NCBI GenBank assembly: GCA_036564135.1
Contig: DATCLC010000069.1
Coordinates: forward strand, 1,529-65,528
Length of the DNA stretch: 64,000 nt
Direction of reading: 5' to 3'
Source: Solirubrobacterales bacterium
GTDB taxonomy: Bacteria > Actinomycetota > Thermoleophilia > Solirubrobacterales > 70-9
The translations under genes were made by a program, and so were the position numbers. A model generated the notes under the pieces. That model worked only from the letters and a program-made list of their open reading frames with translations. It was not told the DNA's origin and did no database searches. Positions 10,498-20,999 of the stretch are shown in pieces; the first letter of the stretch is position 1; every line of letters begins with the position of its first letter.

Positions 10498-10555
10498 GCC
10501 ACCGTCCCGAGGGAGGCTGGCCCCTTTTAGATAGGCCGAACGGATCCGCCCCACC

Positions 10556-10572
10556 TCCGTAGTTCGGGCGGA
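10556..10572. promoter_or_regulatory. degenerate copy (e) of the 17-nt TCCG-N3-CCA-CTACGGA element
   Basis: Minus-strand reading is TCCGCCC GAA CTACGGA. The right half is perfect and the left half retains only TCCG. Confidence 0.3.
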
Positions 10573-10668
10573 TATGCGACCCGTGCTGCGAGGGGGTGGG
10601 TGGTCGCCAGGCCGGCGTCCTCGCGGCGGTGCGCTGCCGGGTTGGCCGGCAAGCAGGATGGCGAGAGA

Positions 10669-11676
10669 TCAGTCGAAGTCGCGAATGCGACCGCCGCGAC
10701 CGTCTGAATGTCGAAGTCGCGGGCCCTGGGTGCTCAACGGCGCTCGCCGAGCACCCGCGGCTTGAGGCGCGAGGGGCGTGGGTTTCGGGAGGCGGGCCAG
10801 GACCTCCTCGAAGGTTTCGGCGAGCTCCGCAGGGCTGGGCCGAGCGGCCGGGTCGCGCTGGAGGCAGGCCATGATCGGCTCGGCGAGCGCGGCGGGCAGC
10901 CTGCCCGCGAGCGGGTCGGGATCGCGGGCTAGCTGGGGCCAGCGCACCTCGCGTTCCCCGCTCGCGTCGCCGCGGGGGAACGGGCGCTCGCCGGTCGCCG
11001 CCTCGTAGAGGGTCACGCCCAGCCCCCACACGTCTGCGGCGGGGCCAACCGGCCCTAGCTTCCGCGGCAGGCACTGCTCCGGGGCCATGTACGCGGCGGT
11101 GCCCACCGGCCGGCTGAGCTCGGCGGCCTCCTCGAGGTCCCGGGCGACGCTCAGGTCGATCAGCCGCGGCGGCGCGCCCATGATCGTGTTCGCCGCCTTG
11201 ACGTCGAGGTGCACTACGCCCTCGGCGTGCAGGTAGTGCAGGGCCGCCGCGAGCCGAACCGCGAGCGGCACGAGCTGCTCGACCGGGAGCGGCCCGAAAC
11301 GCCGGAGAAGCGTTGAGAGCCGCGGGCCCCTCAAGTACTCCAGCACCAGGTGCGGGCGCGGGCCGTCGAGCTCGGCGGAGAACCCGCGCACGATGACCGG
11401 ATGGCTGAGGGTCTCGATCAACCCCCACTCCGCCTCGAGCGCCGCGAGTGCCCACTCGTCCTCGACGAGGTGCGGGCGGATCAGCTTGGCGACCACGACC
11501 GAGCGCCGATGGTCATCCCACGCCAGGTAGGCGTCGAAGCGGTTGCCCCCACCCAGGCGCCGGAGCGCCGAGAGCCCCGGAACGATGTCGTCGCCCTCGG
11601 CGAAGTCCCAGCTCGGCGCGCGCTGGGCGCCCTTCGCGGGGCCCTGCTCCCGTCTCCTGGCGCTGTGGGACCTCAT
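10669..11676 (-). CDS. Ser/Thr protein kinase (soluble)
   Basis: 335 aa with Hanks-type motifs: VVAKLIRP, catalytic-loop HLDVKAANTIM, and AAYMAPEQ. Confidence 0.85.
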   Translation of the reverse strand: MRSHSARRREQGPAKGAQRAPSWDFAEGDDIVPGLSALRRLGGGNRFDAYLAWDDHRRSVVVAKLIRPHLVEDEWALAALEAEWGLIETLSHPVIVRGFSAELDGPRPHLVLEYLRGPRLSTLLRRFGPLPVEQLVPLAVRLAAALHYLHAEGVVHLDVKAANTIMGAPPRLIDLSVARDLEEAAELSRPVGTAAYMAPEQCLPRKLGPVGPAADVWGLGVTLYEAATGERPFPRGDASGEREVRWPQLARDPDPLAGRLPAALAEPIMACLQRDPAARPSPAELAETFEEVLARLPKPTPLAPQAAGARRAPLSTQGPRLRHSDGRGGRIRDFD

Positions 11677-11970
11677 CGCATGTTCACTCCCTGCGGTGCT
11701 CGATCATCCACCACCGTCCCTTCGCGGGTACGCCCGCGCACGTGTACGCGACCCACAACACAGCGTGATCCTCGCGGAACTTGCCGCCGCGCGACCTCGT
11801 CGCCTCCGTGCAGCGCCCACCATTCGTGCTTTCGCATTCGACCCCGCCACCGTAAGCTCCGTTGCTGACGCGATCGTGGGAGCTGAACTGGAAGCCCCTC
11901 ATCATTCGCGGGCCGTTACCGCGGCCGCGCGCGGGGGTACGCGGGGTTCAGCCGGCGCGCGGTCCCGACC

Positions 11971-12576
11971 ATGATCATCAAACCCTGGCTCTTCCCGTTC
12001 ATCATGCTGGCCGTCCTGGCGGCGGTCGTGGCCGGGTTCTGGCTCGGGGGGCCGCCGTTGGGCACGGCGCTGGGCGCGCTCGCGGCCGCGTCGATCGCGC
12101 TGTTCGCCGCCCTACAGCGACCACGTGGGCCGATCGGCCCGGCGGCCACCGGTGACTCCCGGCGCCGGGTGCTGGTCGTGGTGAGCCACGAGCTCGAGGA
12201 CCCCGCCGCGATCGAGCGCCTCCGGGAGGAGGGCGACCTCTACGGGGACAGCGACACCGAGGTCCTGCTGCTGGCCCCCGCGCAGACCAAGCTGCTCGAC
12301 CTCTGGGCCACGGACGTGCGCGCGGCGCGGGCCGAGGCCCAGCGCAAGCTCGTGCTGAGCGTCGCCGCCCTCGGCAAGGCCGAGGTCGACGCGCGCGCCG
12401 CGGTCGGCGACCACGACATCGTCCGGGCCATCGAGGACCAGCTCGGCAGCTTCGCCGCCGACGAGGTGATCCTCGTCACCGGACCGCCCGACTCCGACCA
12501 GGCGGGCGAGCGCGCCGCGGCCGAGCTCGAGGAACGGCTCACGGTTCGCTTCATGAGGATCACCGTCGCCGCCTGA
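11971..12576 (+). CDS. hypothetical membrane-anchored protein
   Basis: 201 aa. Two N-terminal hydrophobic segments, then a soluble alpha/beta-looking domain (RRVLVVVSHELEDPAAIERL...EVILVTGP). High GC3; no family recognised. Confidence 0.6.
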   Translation: MIIKPWLFPFIMLAVLAAVVAGFWLGGPPLGTALGALAAASIALFAALQRPRGPIGPAATGDSRRRVLVVVSHELEDPAAIERLREEGDLYGDSDTEVLLLAPAQTKLLDLWATDVRAARAEAQRKLVLSVAALGKAEVDARAAVGDHDIVRAIEDQLGSFAADEVILVTGPPDSDQAGERAAAELEERLTVRFMRITVAA

Positions 12577-12601
12577 GCGCGGCGCACTGGTCCGGGCGCG
12601 C

Positions 12602-13666
12602 TTACGCGGCGACCAGGTCCTCCATTTCGCGCTCGGCGGCGAGCCGCTCGAGCGCGCGCTTTTCGATCCGGTTGACGAGGCTCGGCGAGATGTTGAGTTC
12701 CCTTGCGACCTCGCGCGTCGTGGCGGGCTCGTCGCGCTCCATCCCGTAGCGCAGCTCGACGACGCGGCGCTCGCGCATCGGCAGGTGCCTGAGGGCGCGC
12801 CGCACCGCGCTTTCGCGGAGGCTCAGCTCAACCTCCTCGTCGACGCCGCGCTCAGCGCCGGGGAGGAGCTCGCCGAGCGTGGTCCCGTCGTCGTCGCCCA
12901 CGGGGCGGTCGAGGGAGGTCACGGCGCGCGCCGCATCGCGCACGCGCTCGAGGTCCTCGGGATCAATCTCGGCGGCCGCGATCAGCTCGTCGTCGGTCGG
13001 CGGCCGGCCGAACGCCGCCTCGAGTCGACGTTCCGCCTGCGAGACGCGCCGTTCCAGCTGGGCAACCGTCGTCGGCACCCGGATCGTGCGCGAGTGGTTG
13101 TCGAGCGCGCGCTGGAGCGCCTGGCGGATCCAGAAGGTGGCGTACGTCGAGAACTTGAATCCCTTGCGCCAGTCGAACTTCTCGGCGGCGCGCATCAGGC
13201 CGAGCACGCCCTCCTGGATCAGGTCGAGCAGCGGCAGGCCCTGGTTCTGGTAGCGCCGCGCGTTGGCCACGACGAGGCGGAGGTTCGAGTTGATCAGCTT
13301 CTCCTTGGCCTCGAGGTCACCGCGCTCGATGCGCTGCGCGAGCTCGACCTCCTCGGCGCGCGTGAGCAGCGGGTAGCGCCCGGCCTCGCGCATGAAGATC
13401 TGGAGAGCGTCGGTCGTGGCCTCGGCGAGCTCCTCGTGGCGGTACTCGGTGCTGCCCGCAGCCCGCCCGCAGTCGTCGCGTACACGGATGCCCCGCTCGC
13501 GCAGGGCATCGTGCAGAGCGACTACCTCCTCGGGCTCAAGCTCGCGCTCCTCGCAGGCCGCCTGGACGTCCGAGAGCTCGATACAGCCCTCGTCGTCGGC
13601 GCGCGCAATGAGCGCCTCGACATCCACCGTCGCGGTATCCACCTTGCCGTTTCCGTTGTCCGTCAA
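12602..13666 (-). CDS. RNA polymerase sigma factor, sigma-70 family (group 1/2 like)
   Basis: Region 2 LLDLIQEGVLGLMRAAEKFDWRKGFKFSTYATFWIRQALQRAL; region 4 HTH TTREVARELNISPSLVNRIEKRALERL; acidic N-terminus. Confidence 0.9.
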   Translation of the reverse strand: MTDNGNGKVDTATVDVEALIARADDEGCIELSDVQAACEERELEPEEVVALHDALRERGIRVRDDCGRAAGSTEYRHEELAEATTDALQIFMREAGRYPLLTRAEEVELAQRIERGDLEAKEKLINSNLRLVVANARRYQNQGLPLLDLIQEGVLGLMRAAEKFDWRKGFKFSTYATFWIRQALQRALDNHSRTIRVPTTVAQLERRVSQAERRLEAAFGRPPTDDELIAAAEIDPEDLERVRDAARAVTSLDRPVGDDDGTTLGELLPGAERGVDEEVELSLRESAVRRALRHLPMRERRVVELRYGMERDEPATTREVARELNISPSLVNRIEKRALERLAAEREMEDLVAA

Positions 13667-13845
13667 GCTGCCACCCTGCCAACGACCGGCGACCGCACGA
13701 TTCGCGACCCCGGGCCGATTGCTTCCGCCTCGTTTTCGAGGCTACGTAGACGTCGGTACCCCTTCCGGGGGCCTCGATAACGGCCCGGCCGGGCGTGCAA
13801 CGCGGATTCCGGGCGGCCAACGGGCGCGGGGCTCCGGCTCGCGCC

Positions 13846-14055
13846 TCAGCGCCGCTCGTTGCCGCGCTTGTAGTTGCCCGTCACGCGGGCGAGCTCGAGC
13901 TGGACCGCCTGCGGGCCGGCGTCGGCCGTACGTCGCAGGAAACGGCGAGCGCGCTCGCCGGCGAGCACGGTGACGCGCCGGCGGTCGCGGTCGATCAGCA
14001 CCTGGCCGTCCTTGGTCGCCCTGTAGGTGAACTCGCCGCCCGGCACGGCACCCAC
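13846..14055 (-). CDS. small conserved hypothetical protein
   Basis: 69 aa. The pattern FTYRATKDGQVLI...VTVLAG...ARVTGNYKRGNERR matches, from my memory, a small protein family common in actinobacteria. High GC3. Confidence 0.6.
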   Translation of the reverse strand: MGAVPGGEFTYRATKDGQVLIDRDRRRVTVLAGERARRFLRRTADAGPQAVQLELARVTGNYKRGNERR

Positions 14056-14083
14056 GGCACCGGGCGCCCGCCGCGCCCGCCGG

Positions 14084-15025
14084 CTAGGGGCCAGCCAACG
14101 CGGGCGACGGCTGGACGCGCCTCATGCCCATCGCAAGCCCGACCGCGGCGAAGGCCAGCGCCGCGCCCGCGGCTGTGGCCGTGAGCAGGGCGCCGGCGGC
14201 GGCCGCCGCGCCTGTGTCGGTGCCGAAGACGATCACGGCTGACGCCGCGCCGACGCTCGGGCCCACGGGCAGCACGCCGAGGGCGGCGATCGCGATCAAA
14301 AGCGCCGTGGCGTCGAACACCGAGGCCTCCACCCCGACGCCGTTCAGGACGAACCAGTTGCGCGCGATCTGCAGGCAAACCGCGAACACGACCAGGGCGA
14401 CCACGCGGTTGCGGCCGCTCATGCCGCGGAGCACGGCGAGGCCGCGCCAGGCGCCCTCCCGGCGGTTGCGGGCGACCGCGCGCAGCGCGGCGCCGACGGC
14501 CAGGGCGGCGGCGAGCCCCACGATCGGGAACCACGAGGGCAGCCCGAGCGGGCCGATCAGGGTGAACGACATGAGCGCGGCGAGCGCCACCTCGACCACG
14601 ACGATCGGGACCTCCGAGGTGAGCAGCACGGACGCGGGCGGGCTCGCGTGGGGATCCGCCCGGCGCAGCGCGGCGATCCTGGCCGCCAGACCGAACTGCC
14701 CGTTCAAGAGGTTGCCGAGGTAGCCGACGGACGCCGCCGGATACAGCCGCCGGCGCGCGACGGTGCCGCCGGCACTGCGCACGCACGCGCTCCACGTCTC
14801 GCTGCGCACGGCGAGCCAGACGAGCTGGAGGGCGCCCGCGGCGGCGAGGATCCAGACCGGCGCGGCGTGAAAGGCCTGGATGAACTCGCCGTAGTCACCG
14901 GCGAGCGCGACGGCCAGCGCCGCGACGACGACGAGGGCGCCCGCGATCGTCACCCCGGTGGGGTGGCGACTGGGGAATCCCTTGAGCGCCCGGAGCGCCC
15001 GGGACGCTATCACTGCCCCGGGCAC
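14084..15025 (-). CDS. polytopic membrane protein, lysylphosphatidylglycerol-synthase-TM-region/flippase-like
   Basis: 313 aa with about 8 TM segments. General resemblance to the UPF0104 family; assignment is tentative. Confidence 0.6.
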   Translation of the reverse strand: MPGAVIASRALRALKGFPSRHPTGVTIAGALVVVAALAVALAGDYGEFIQAFHAAPVWILAAAGALQLVWLAVRSETWSACVRSAGGTVARRRLYPAASVGYLGNLLNGQFGLAARIAALRRADPHASPPASVLLTSEVPIVVVEVALAALMSFTLIGPLGLPSWFPIVGLAAALAVGAALRAVARNRREGAWRGLAVLRGMSGRNRVVALVVFAVCLQIARNWFVLNGVGVEASVFDATALLIAIAALGVLPVGPSVGAASAVIVFGTDTGAAAAAGALLTATAAGAALAFAAVGLAMGMRRVQPSPALAGP

Positions 15026-15049
15026 GTCCGGGACCCGAGGTCGCTTCGC

Positions 15050-15247
15050 TTAGGCGACGCGGACGTTCGTCGCGCGCGGGCCCTTGTCGGTGCGCTCGGC
15101 GTCGAACGAGACCTTGTTGCCCTCGGCGAGTACGTCGGGGGCGGCCGCGCTCTGATGCACGAACAGGTCGCTTGACCCGTCGTCGGGTGAGATGAAGCCG
15201 AAGCCCTTCTCGCTGTTGAACCACTTAACGGTTCCGGTGCTTGCCAT
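15050..15247 (-). CDS. cold-shock protein (CspA family)
   Basis: 65 aa: [33 protein letters not shown]... RNP1 KGFGFI is present. ORF-track entry 15050..15658 trimmed to ATG 15247. Confidence 0.9.
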   Translation of the reverse strand: MASTGTVKWFNSEKGFGFISPDDGSSDLFVHQSAAAPDVLAEGNKVSFDAERTDKGPRATNVRVA

Positions 15248-15428
15248 GAGATTCCTCCATGGAACTGGTGCGAACGACGCGGAGGAAGCTGGTAGGCAAC
15301 GACAGCGAGCGCTGGCACAAATTACGCCGCGCGGTCTTGCGCGGCTGCCAAGGACGGTAGCAGCCCCGGCGCGCGCTTGACGCGACCGCGACCCCCTCCC
15401 ACCCCCGCGCCGAGGCACACTGAAGCGA

Positions 15429-15965
15429 ATGGAGATCTGGACGATCGGGCACTCCACGCACTCGCTCGAGCAGTTCGTCGCGCTGCTCCGCGACGCCGGG
15501 ATCGAGGCGCTCGCCGACGTGCGGACGTTGCCGAAGTCGCGCCGCAACCCGCACTTCGCGCGGGAGTCGCTCGAGCGTGAGCTGCCGGCGCGCGGCTTTC
15601 GGTACCGGCACATCAAGCGGCTCGGCGGGTGGCGCAAGGTCCAGCCCGGCTCCCCCAACGGCGGCTGGGAGGAAGGAGCGTTTCAGGGTTACGCCGACCA
15701 CACCGCGACGGCGGAGTTCCGCGCCGGGCTCGACGAGCTCGAGGAGCTCGCGCGTCGCGCCCCGACGGCGGTGATGTGCGCGGAGGCGCTCTGGTGGCGC
15801 TGCCACCGCCGTCTGATCGCCGATCAGCTCCGCGTCCGCGGCTGGCGCGTGCTGCACATCGCACCCAACGGCGAGCAGACGGAGCACGAGCTGACCCCGT
15901 TCGCGGTGGTCGACGGCGAGCTGATCACCTACCCGCCTCGGCAGGGGCGGCTCATCGACCCGTAG
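15429..15965 (+). CDS. DUF488 domain protein
   Basis: 178 aa with a typical DUF488 N-terminus ([30 protein letters not shown]) and [11 protein letters not shown]. Confidence 0.8.
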   Translation: MEIWTIGHSTHSLEQFVALLRDAGIEALADVRTLPKSRRNPHFARESLERELPARGFRYRHIKRLGGWRKVQPGSPNGGWEEGAFQGYADHTATAEFRAGLDELEELARRAPTAVMCAEALWWRCHRRLIADQLRVRGWRVLHIAPNGEQTEHELTPFAVVDGELITYPPRQGRLIDP

Positions 15966-16028
15966 GGGCCAGCCGGGCGCCCGAGCCGCGAGCGGGATGC
16001 GGCCCGGGGCGCCCGGCGGGGGCACTCC

Positions 16029-16553
16029 CTATGCCTCGACGCTGAGGATCTCGAGCGTCTTCGTTTTGCCCTTCGGTAGCGGGACGCTCACCGTCGCTCC
16101 GGGCGTTGCGCCCAGGAGCGCCTTCCCAACGGGTGAGGCGATGGAGACCGAGCCGGCGGACACCGGCTCGTGCCCTCCCACGAGGACGAGCGTCGTGACC
16201 TCGCCGGAGGAGGCGTCTTTGACTCGCACGCGCGAGCCGATCGTCACGACGTCGCCCTCGACGTCTTCGTCCACGATCCGCGCCCGGGCCAGGATCTCCT
16301 CGAGACGGGCGATCCGGGCCGTGAGGATCGCCTCCTCCTCGCGGATCTGATGGAGGTCGTCGTTCTCCGACCCGGCTCCGTACTCCCGCGCCTCCCGGAG
16401 ACGGGCGGCGACCTCCGTGTCAAGCTCGTGGCGCAGGCGCTCGAGCTCGGCGCGCATCGCGCGCTCCCCGTCGCGGGTAAGCAGGATCGCCCCCGCCGGC
16501 ACGGCGCCTCCGCGGTCGAGCGGCCGAGTGTCGGGAGTGGTGGCCATTATCAC
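16029..16553 (-). CDS. GreA/GreB-family transcription factor (Rnk-like)
   Basis: 174 aa. Coiled-coil N-terminus (MRAELERLRHELD) and a C-terminal GreA/B domain (VSIASPVGKALLGATPGATVSV). Confidence 0.8.
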   Translation of the reverse strand: MIMATTPDTRPLDRGGAVPAGAILLTRDGERAMRAELERLRHELDTEVAARLREAREYGAGSENDDLHQIREEEAILTARIARLEEILARARIVDEDVEGDVVTIGSRVRVKDASSGEVTTLVLVGGHEPVSAGSVSIASPVGKALLGATPGATVSVPLPKGKTKTLEILSVEA

Positions 16554-16803
16554 GATCTTCGTCGCGAACGGGCCGCGCGTGAATGGGTCTCAACACCCAT
16601 CTTCCGCCCGCCTCCTGCCTCCCGTCCTGCGCATCCAACGGTTCCAGCGCGACGTACGCGAGCGCCGCGAGGGCGATCAGCACGATCCCCATGCCGACCC
16701 CGGGGGGCGCGCCGAGCGCGAGCAGCGCCGCACCGACGGCCGTGAGCGCCGCCGGCAGCACATAGCGCGCGGGTTTCGAGGGATCGGACATCACAAACAC
16801 CAT
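16420..16803 (-). CDS. possible small membrane protein (conflicts with the GreA-like gene)
   Basis: The first ~55 codons have very high GC3 and two hydrophobic segments (YVLPAALTAVGAALLALG, GIVLIALAALAYVAL). GC3 then drops, and the frame runs 134 nt into the GreA-like CDS. Confidence 0.3.
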   Translation of the reverse strand: MVFVMSDPSKPARYVLPAALTAVGAALLALGAPPGVGMGIVLIALAALAYVALEPLDAQDGRQEAGGRWVLRPIHARPVRDEDRDNGHHSRHSAARPRRRRAGGGDPAYPRRGARDARRARAPAPRA

Positions 16804-16813
16804 GGCCCCCGCG

Positions 16814-16840
16814 CACCTTTAGGCCATGGGCCTAAAGGTG
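16814..16840 (-). terminator. perfect 12-bp hairpin downstream of gdhA
   Basis: CACCTTTAGGCC-ATG-GGCCTAAAGGTG, 30 nt past the gdhA stop. No clear U-tract on the minus strand. Confidence 0.5.
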
Positions 16841-16869
16841 TATTTGCGCGCCGAACGGGCGCCGCCGCC

Positions 16870-18243
<1,374 letters not shown>

Positions 18244-18448
18244 TCAGCCAGCCCTCCCTGAGCGGGGGTCACGGTCGGTCGAGGTCGGCGTCGCCGCAGA
18301 CCACGGCTGGCGCGCGTACTCGCAGCGAGCGCGGCGCTCCAGATGTCCGGCCTCGAATAGAGCACCCTGGCAACGTACGAACACCGCGCCCAGGGGCGAA
18401 TGGGTGTTGACACCCAATTGTCGACCGCCCCGCGCCGACATAATCCGG

Positions 18449-19429
18449 GTGATCCAGGTCAAGCGCCGTTCCGTAGAAGGCTCGCTGTTCCAGCGCGCGG
18501 TCCTCGCGACCGCGGTCGTGATGGTGCTCGCTTTCATCCTGCTCACCGTCACGCCGGTCGAGGTGAGCGCGCCGATCCGCCTGGCGGAGGCGGCGATCCT
18601 CGCGGTCGGGATCATCACGCTCTTCGTCCTCAACCTGCTGCTGTTGCGCCACGCGCTGACGCCGCTCACCCGAATGGCTGAGCGGATGAAGGAGATCGAC
18701 CTCCGCGCCCCCAACCAGAACCTGAGCGCGGAGATGCCTCCCTACTCCGAGCTACTCGCCTTCGGGCAGGCGTTCGACGAGATGGTCGCCCGGCTCGCCG
18801 AGGAGCGCCGCGCCGGCGCCCGGGCGGCGCTGCTCGCGCAGGAGACCGAGCGCGCCCGGATCGCGCGGTCGCTTCACGACGAGGCCGGGCAAACGCTCAC
18901 CGCGGTCGCCCTGCAGCTCGAGCGCGCGGCCGCCGAGGGGCCGCCTGAACAGCGCGAGCGCCTCGGCGCGCTCGCGTTCCAGCTCCAGGACACGCTCGAC
19001 GAGATCCGCCGGATCGTTCGCGAGCTACGCCCCGAGGCGCTGGAGGATCTCGGGCTCGTCAACGCCCTGATCGCCCTGACGCGACGCCTCGACCAGCAGA
19101 GCGAGGTGCGCTTCACGCACGACTTCGCCCCCGACCTGCCCTCCCTCTCCCCGGAGACCGAGCTCGTCCTCTACCGCGTCGCGCAGGAGGCCCTCACGAA
19201 CGTCCTCCGCCACTCCCGGGCGCGGCGGTGCATGGTCTCGCTGCGTCCCCACGATGGCGGCGTGCGGCTCGTCGTGAGCGACGACGGCGTCGGCTTCAAC
19301 CCGCATGCCGAGCTCGACACCACGGGGCTCGAGGGCATGCGCGAGCGGGCCATGCTCGCCGGCGGCGCGCTGCGCATCGAATCCGAGCCGGGCACGGGCA
19401 CTACGGTCACGCTCGAGGTGCCTCGATGA
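18449..19429 (+). CDS. sensor histidine kinase (HisKA_3 / NarX-LiaS type)
   Basis: Two TM segments plus a HAMP-like region. H-box SLHDEAGQTLTAV, N-box LYRVAQEALTNVLRHS, G1 DDGVGF. ORF-track entry 17987..19429 overlaps gdhA, so the start is set to GTG 18449 (uncertain). Confidence 0.8.
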   Translation: MIQVKRRSVEGSLFQRAVLATAVVMVLAFILLTVTPVEVSAPIRLAEAAILAVGIITLFVLNLLLLRHALTPLTRMAERMKEIDLRAPNQNLSAEMPPYSELLAFGQAFDEMVARLAEERRAGARAALLAQETERARIARSLHDEAGQTLTAVALQLERAAAEGPPEQRERLGALAFQLQDTLDEIRRIVRELRPEALEDLGLVNALIALTRRLDQQSEVRFTHDFAPDLPSLSPETELVLYRVAQEALTNVLRHSRARRCMVSLRPHDGGVRLVVSDDGVGFNPHAELDTTGLEGMRERAMLAGGALRIESEPGTGTTVTLEVPR

Positions 19430-20085
19430 CCGTCCCGCTCAAGACCAAGATCCTGCTCGCCGACGACCACCAGATGGTCCGCGGCGGCTTGAAGGTCGTG
19501 CTCGACGCCGAGCCCGACCTCGAGGTCGTGGCCGAAGCGGGCGACGGCGCGGAGGCGCTGCGCATCGGCATCGAGGAGGACATCGACCTGGCCGTGCTCG
19601 ACGTGTCGATGCCGAGGCTCACCGGCCTGCAGGTGGCGCGGGAACTCCATCGCCACCGCCCGGAGCTGCGCACCCTGATCCTCTCGATGCACGAGAACGA
19701 GCAGTACTTCTTCGAGGCGCTCAAGGCGGGCGCCTCCGGGTACGTCCTCAAGTCCGCCGCGAACCGCGACCTCATCGACGCCGTGCGTGCGGCCATGCGC
19801 GGCGAGCCGTTCATCTACCCCGCCGCGGCCTCCGCCCTGGTCCGCGACTACCTCGAGCGCGCGGCCCGCGGTGAGGAGACGCCCAGCGACCCGCTGACGC
19901 CGCGCGAGCTCGAGGTCACGAAGCTGATCGCCGAGGGCTTGACCAGTGAGGAGATCGCCGAGACCCTAGTGATCAGCCGCAAGACCGTCGAGCGACACCG
20001 GGCCAACATCCTCGAGAAACTCGGCATGCGCAACCGGGTCGAGCTCACGCGCTACGCGATTCGCCGCGGCCTGGTCGAACCCTGA
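19426..20085 (+). CDS. NarL/LuxR-family response regulator
   Basis: ATGA overlap with the kinase stop. Receiver ILLADDHQMVRGGL...DLAVLDVSMP; LuxR HTH LTPRELEVTKLIAEGLTSEEIAETLVISRKTVERHRANILEKLG. Confidence 0.9.
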   Translation: MTVPLKTKILLADDHQMVRGGLKVVLDAEPDLEVVAEAGDGAEALRIGIEEDIDLAVLDVSMPRLTGLQVARELHRHRPELRTLILSMHENEQYFFEALKAGASGYVLKSAANRDLIDAVRAAMRGEPFIYPAAASALVRDYLERAARGEETPSDPLTPRELEVTKLIAEGLTSEEIAETLVISRKTVERHRANILEKLGMRNRVELTRYAIRRGLVEP

Positions 20086-20086
20086 G

Positions 20087-20117
20087 CCCCGCAGCGGTTT
20101 AGCTGTCCGCAGCGGGG
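20087..20117 (+). terminator. hairpin after the response-regulator gene
   Basis: CCCCGCAGCGG-tttagctgt-CCGCAGCGGGG (11-bp stem with one mismatch). No T-tract. Confidence 0.35.
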
Positions 20118-20203
20118 TAGGCGCGGGGGGTCAAGGAAGAACGGTGCGGTCACACCGGTGGGCCCGGGGGACGCGCCGCACCAGTCCCACGGAGGAGACG
20201 CGC

Positions 20204-20353
20204 ATGAAGAAGTTGGCGATGCACGCAGTCTTGGACCGCGTGGCGGGCGAGCGGCCCGGAGCGCCGCGCGCCGCCGCGGTCGCCGCTTCGGTCGGCCTCG
20301 CCGCCGCCGCGGTCGTCTACAAAGCGCTGCGCCACGAATCCAGCGAGGAATAG
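20204..20353 (+). CDS. small hydrophobic-tail protein (49 aa)
   Basis: ATG 20204 is preceded by GGAGGAG at -13 to -7. MKKLAMHAVLDRVAG...AAAVAASVGLAAAAVVYKAL. Confidence 0.4.
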   Translation: MKKLAMHAVLDRVAGERPGAPRAAAVAASVGLAAAAVVYKALRHESSEE

Positions 20354-20440
20354 GCCCGCCCAAGCAGGAGGTTTTCGCCGCACCCGCGGGGGTAGAGCGA
20401 GGGCACGGGAAGGAACCCGAGACGAGAGAGGAGGGCCGGG

Positions 20441-20980
20441 ATGGCCCAAACGCAGAAGAAGTCTTCAGGCGGACGCAGCTCCTCGAGCCGCACGCGCTCG
20501 AAGAGCACGACGGCCAAGTCGAGGAACGGGAGCGCTCGCCAGAGCTCGGCGACGCGGTCGTCCCCGGACGCGAACGGGCAGAGCAGGCTCGAGTCCGTTG
20601 CCGACACCGTGACGAGCGGCGCGAAGAGCGCGGCGGAGACGGTCGGCAACGCGAGCTCCAAGGCCAAGACCGGCCTGCTCGCGGGCGGCGCTGCCGCGGT
20701 CGGGCTCGCGGCCACCGCGATCGCGACCCGCAAGGCCCGCAGCAAGCCGAAGGTGCTCGGCGTCGAGCTTCCGCGCCGCAAGGGCCACGGCATCTCCTCG
20801 TGGACGAAGGGGATCTCGCTGCCGAAGCGCGGCGGTATGCGCAAGCAGACGCAGCGCGCCGCCACCAAGGTCACCGGAGCCGCGGACGCGGCCGACCGCA
20901 TCGCGCTTCGGCTGAGCAGCGTCGCGCGCGGCGTCCGGCAGGTGAGCGAGACGGCGAACGACGCCGCCAAGAAGGCCTAA
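20441..20980 (+). CDS. basic Ser/Lys/Arg-rich single-pass membrane protein (gvp-flanking paralogue 1)
   Basis: 179 aa. Disordered basic N-terminus, Gly/Ala-rich TM LLAGGAAAVGLAATAIA, C-terminal helix. The 21-nt RBS/start block AGGAGGGCCGGGATGGCCCAA (20429-20449) is identical to 26809-26829. Confidence 0.65.
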   Translation: MAQTQKKSSGGRSSSSRTRSKSTTAKSRNGSARQSSATRSSPDANGQSRLESVADTVTSGAKSAAETVGNASSKAKTGLLAGGAAAVGLAATAIATRKARSKPKVLGVELPRRKGHGISSWTKGISLPKRGGMRKQTQRAATKVTGAADAADRIALRLSSVARGVRQVSETANDAAKKA

Positions 20981-20999
20981 GCCGAAAGGGCTTCGCCCC

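Noticed and set aside
10433-11455. 340-aa minus-strand ORF overlapping the Ser/Thr kinase gene in another frame.
   Set aside because: It is Arg/Pro/Ala-rich without motifs. The kinase frame (10669..11676) carries the full Hanks motif set.
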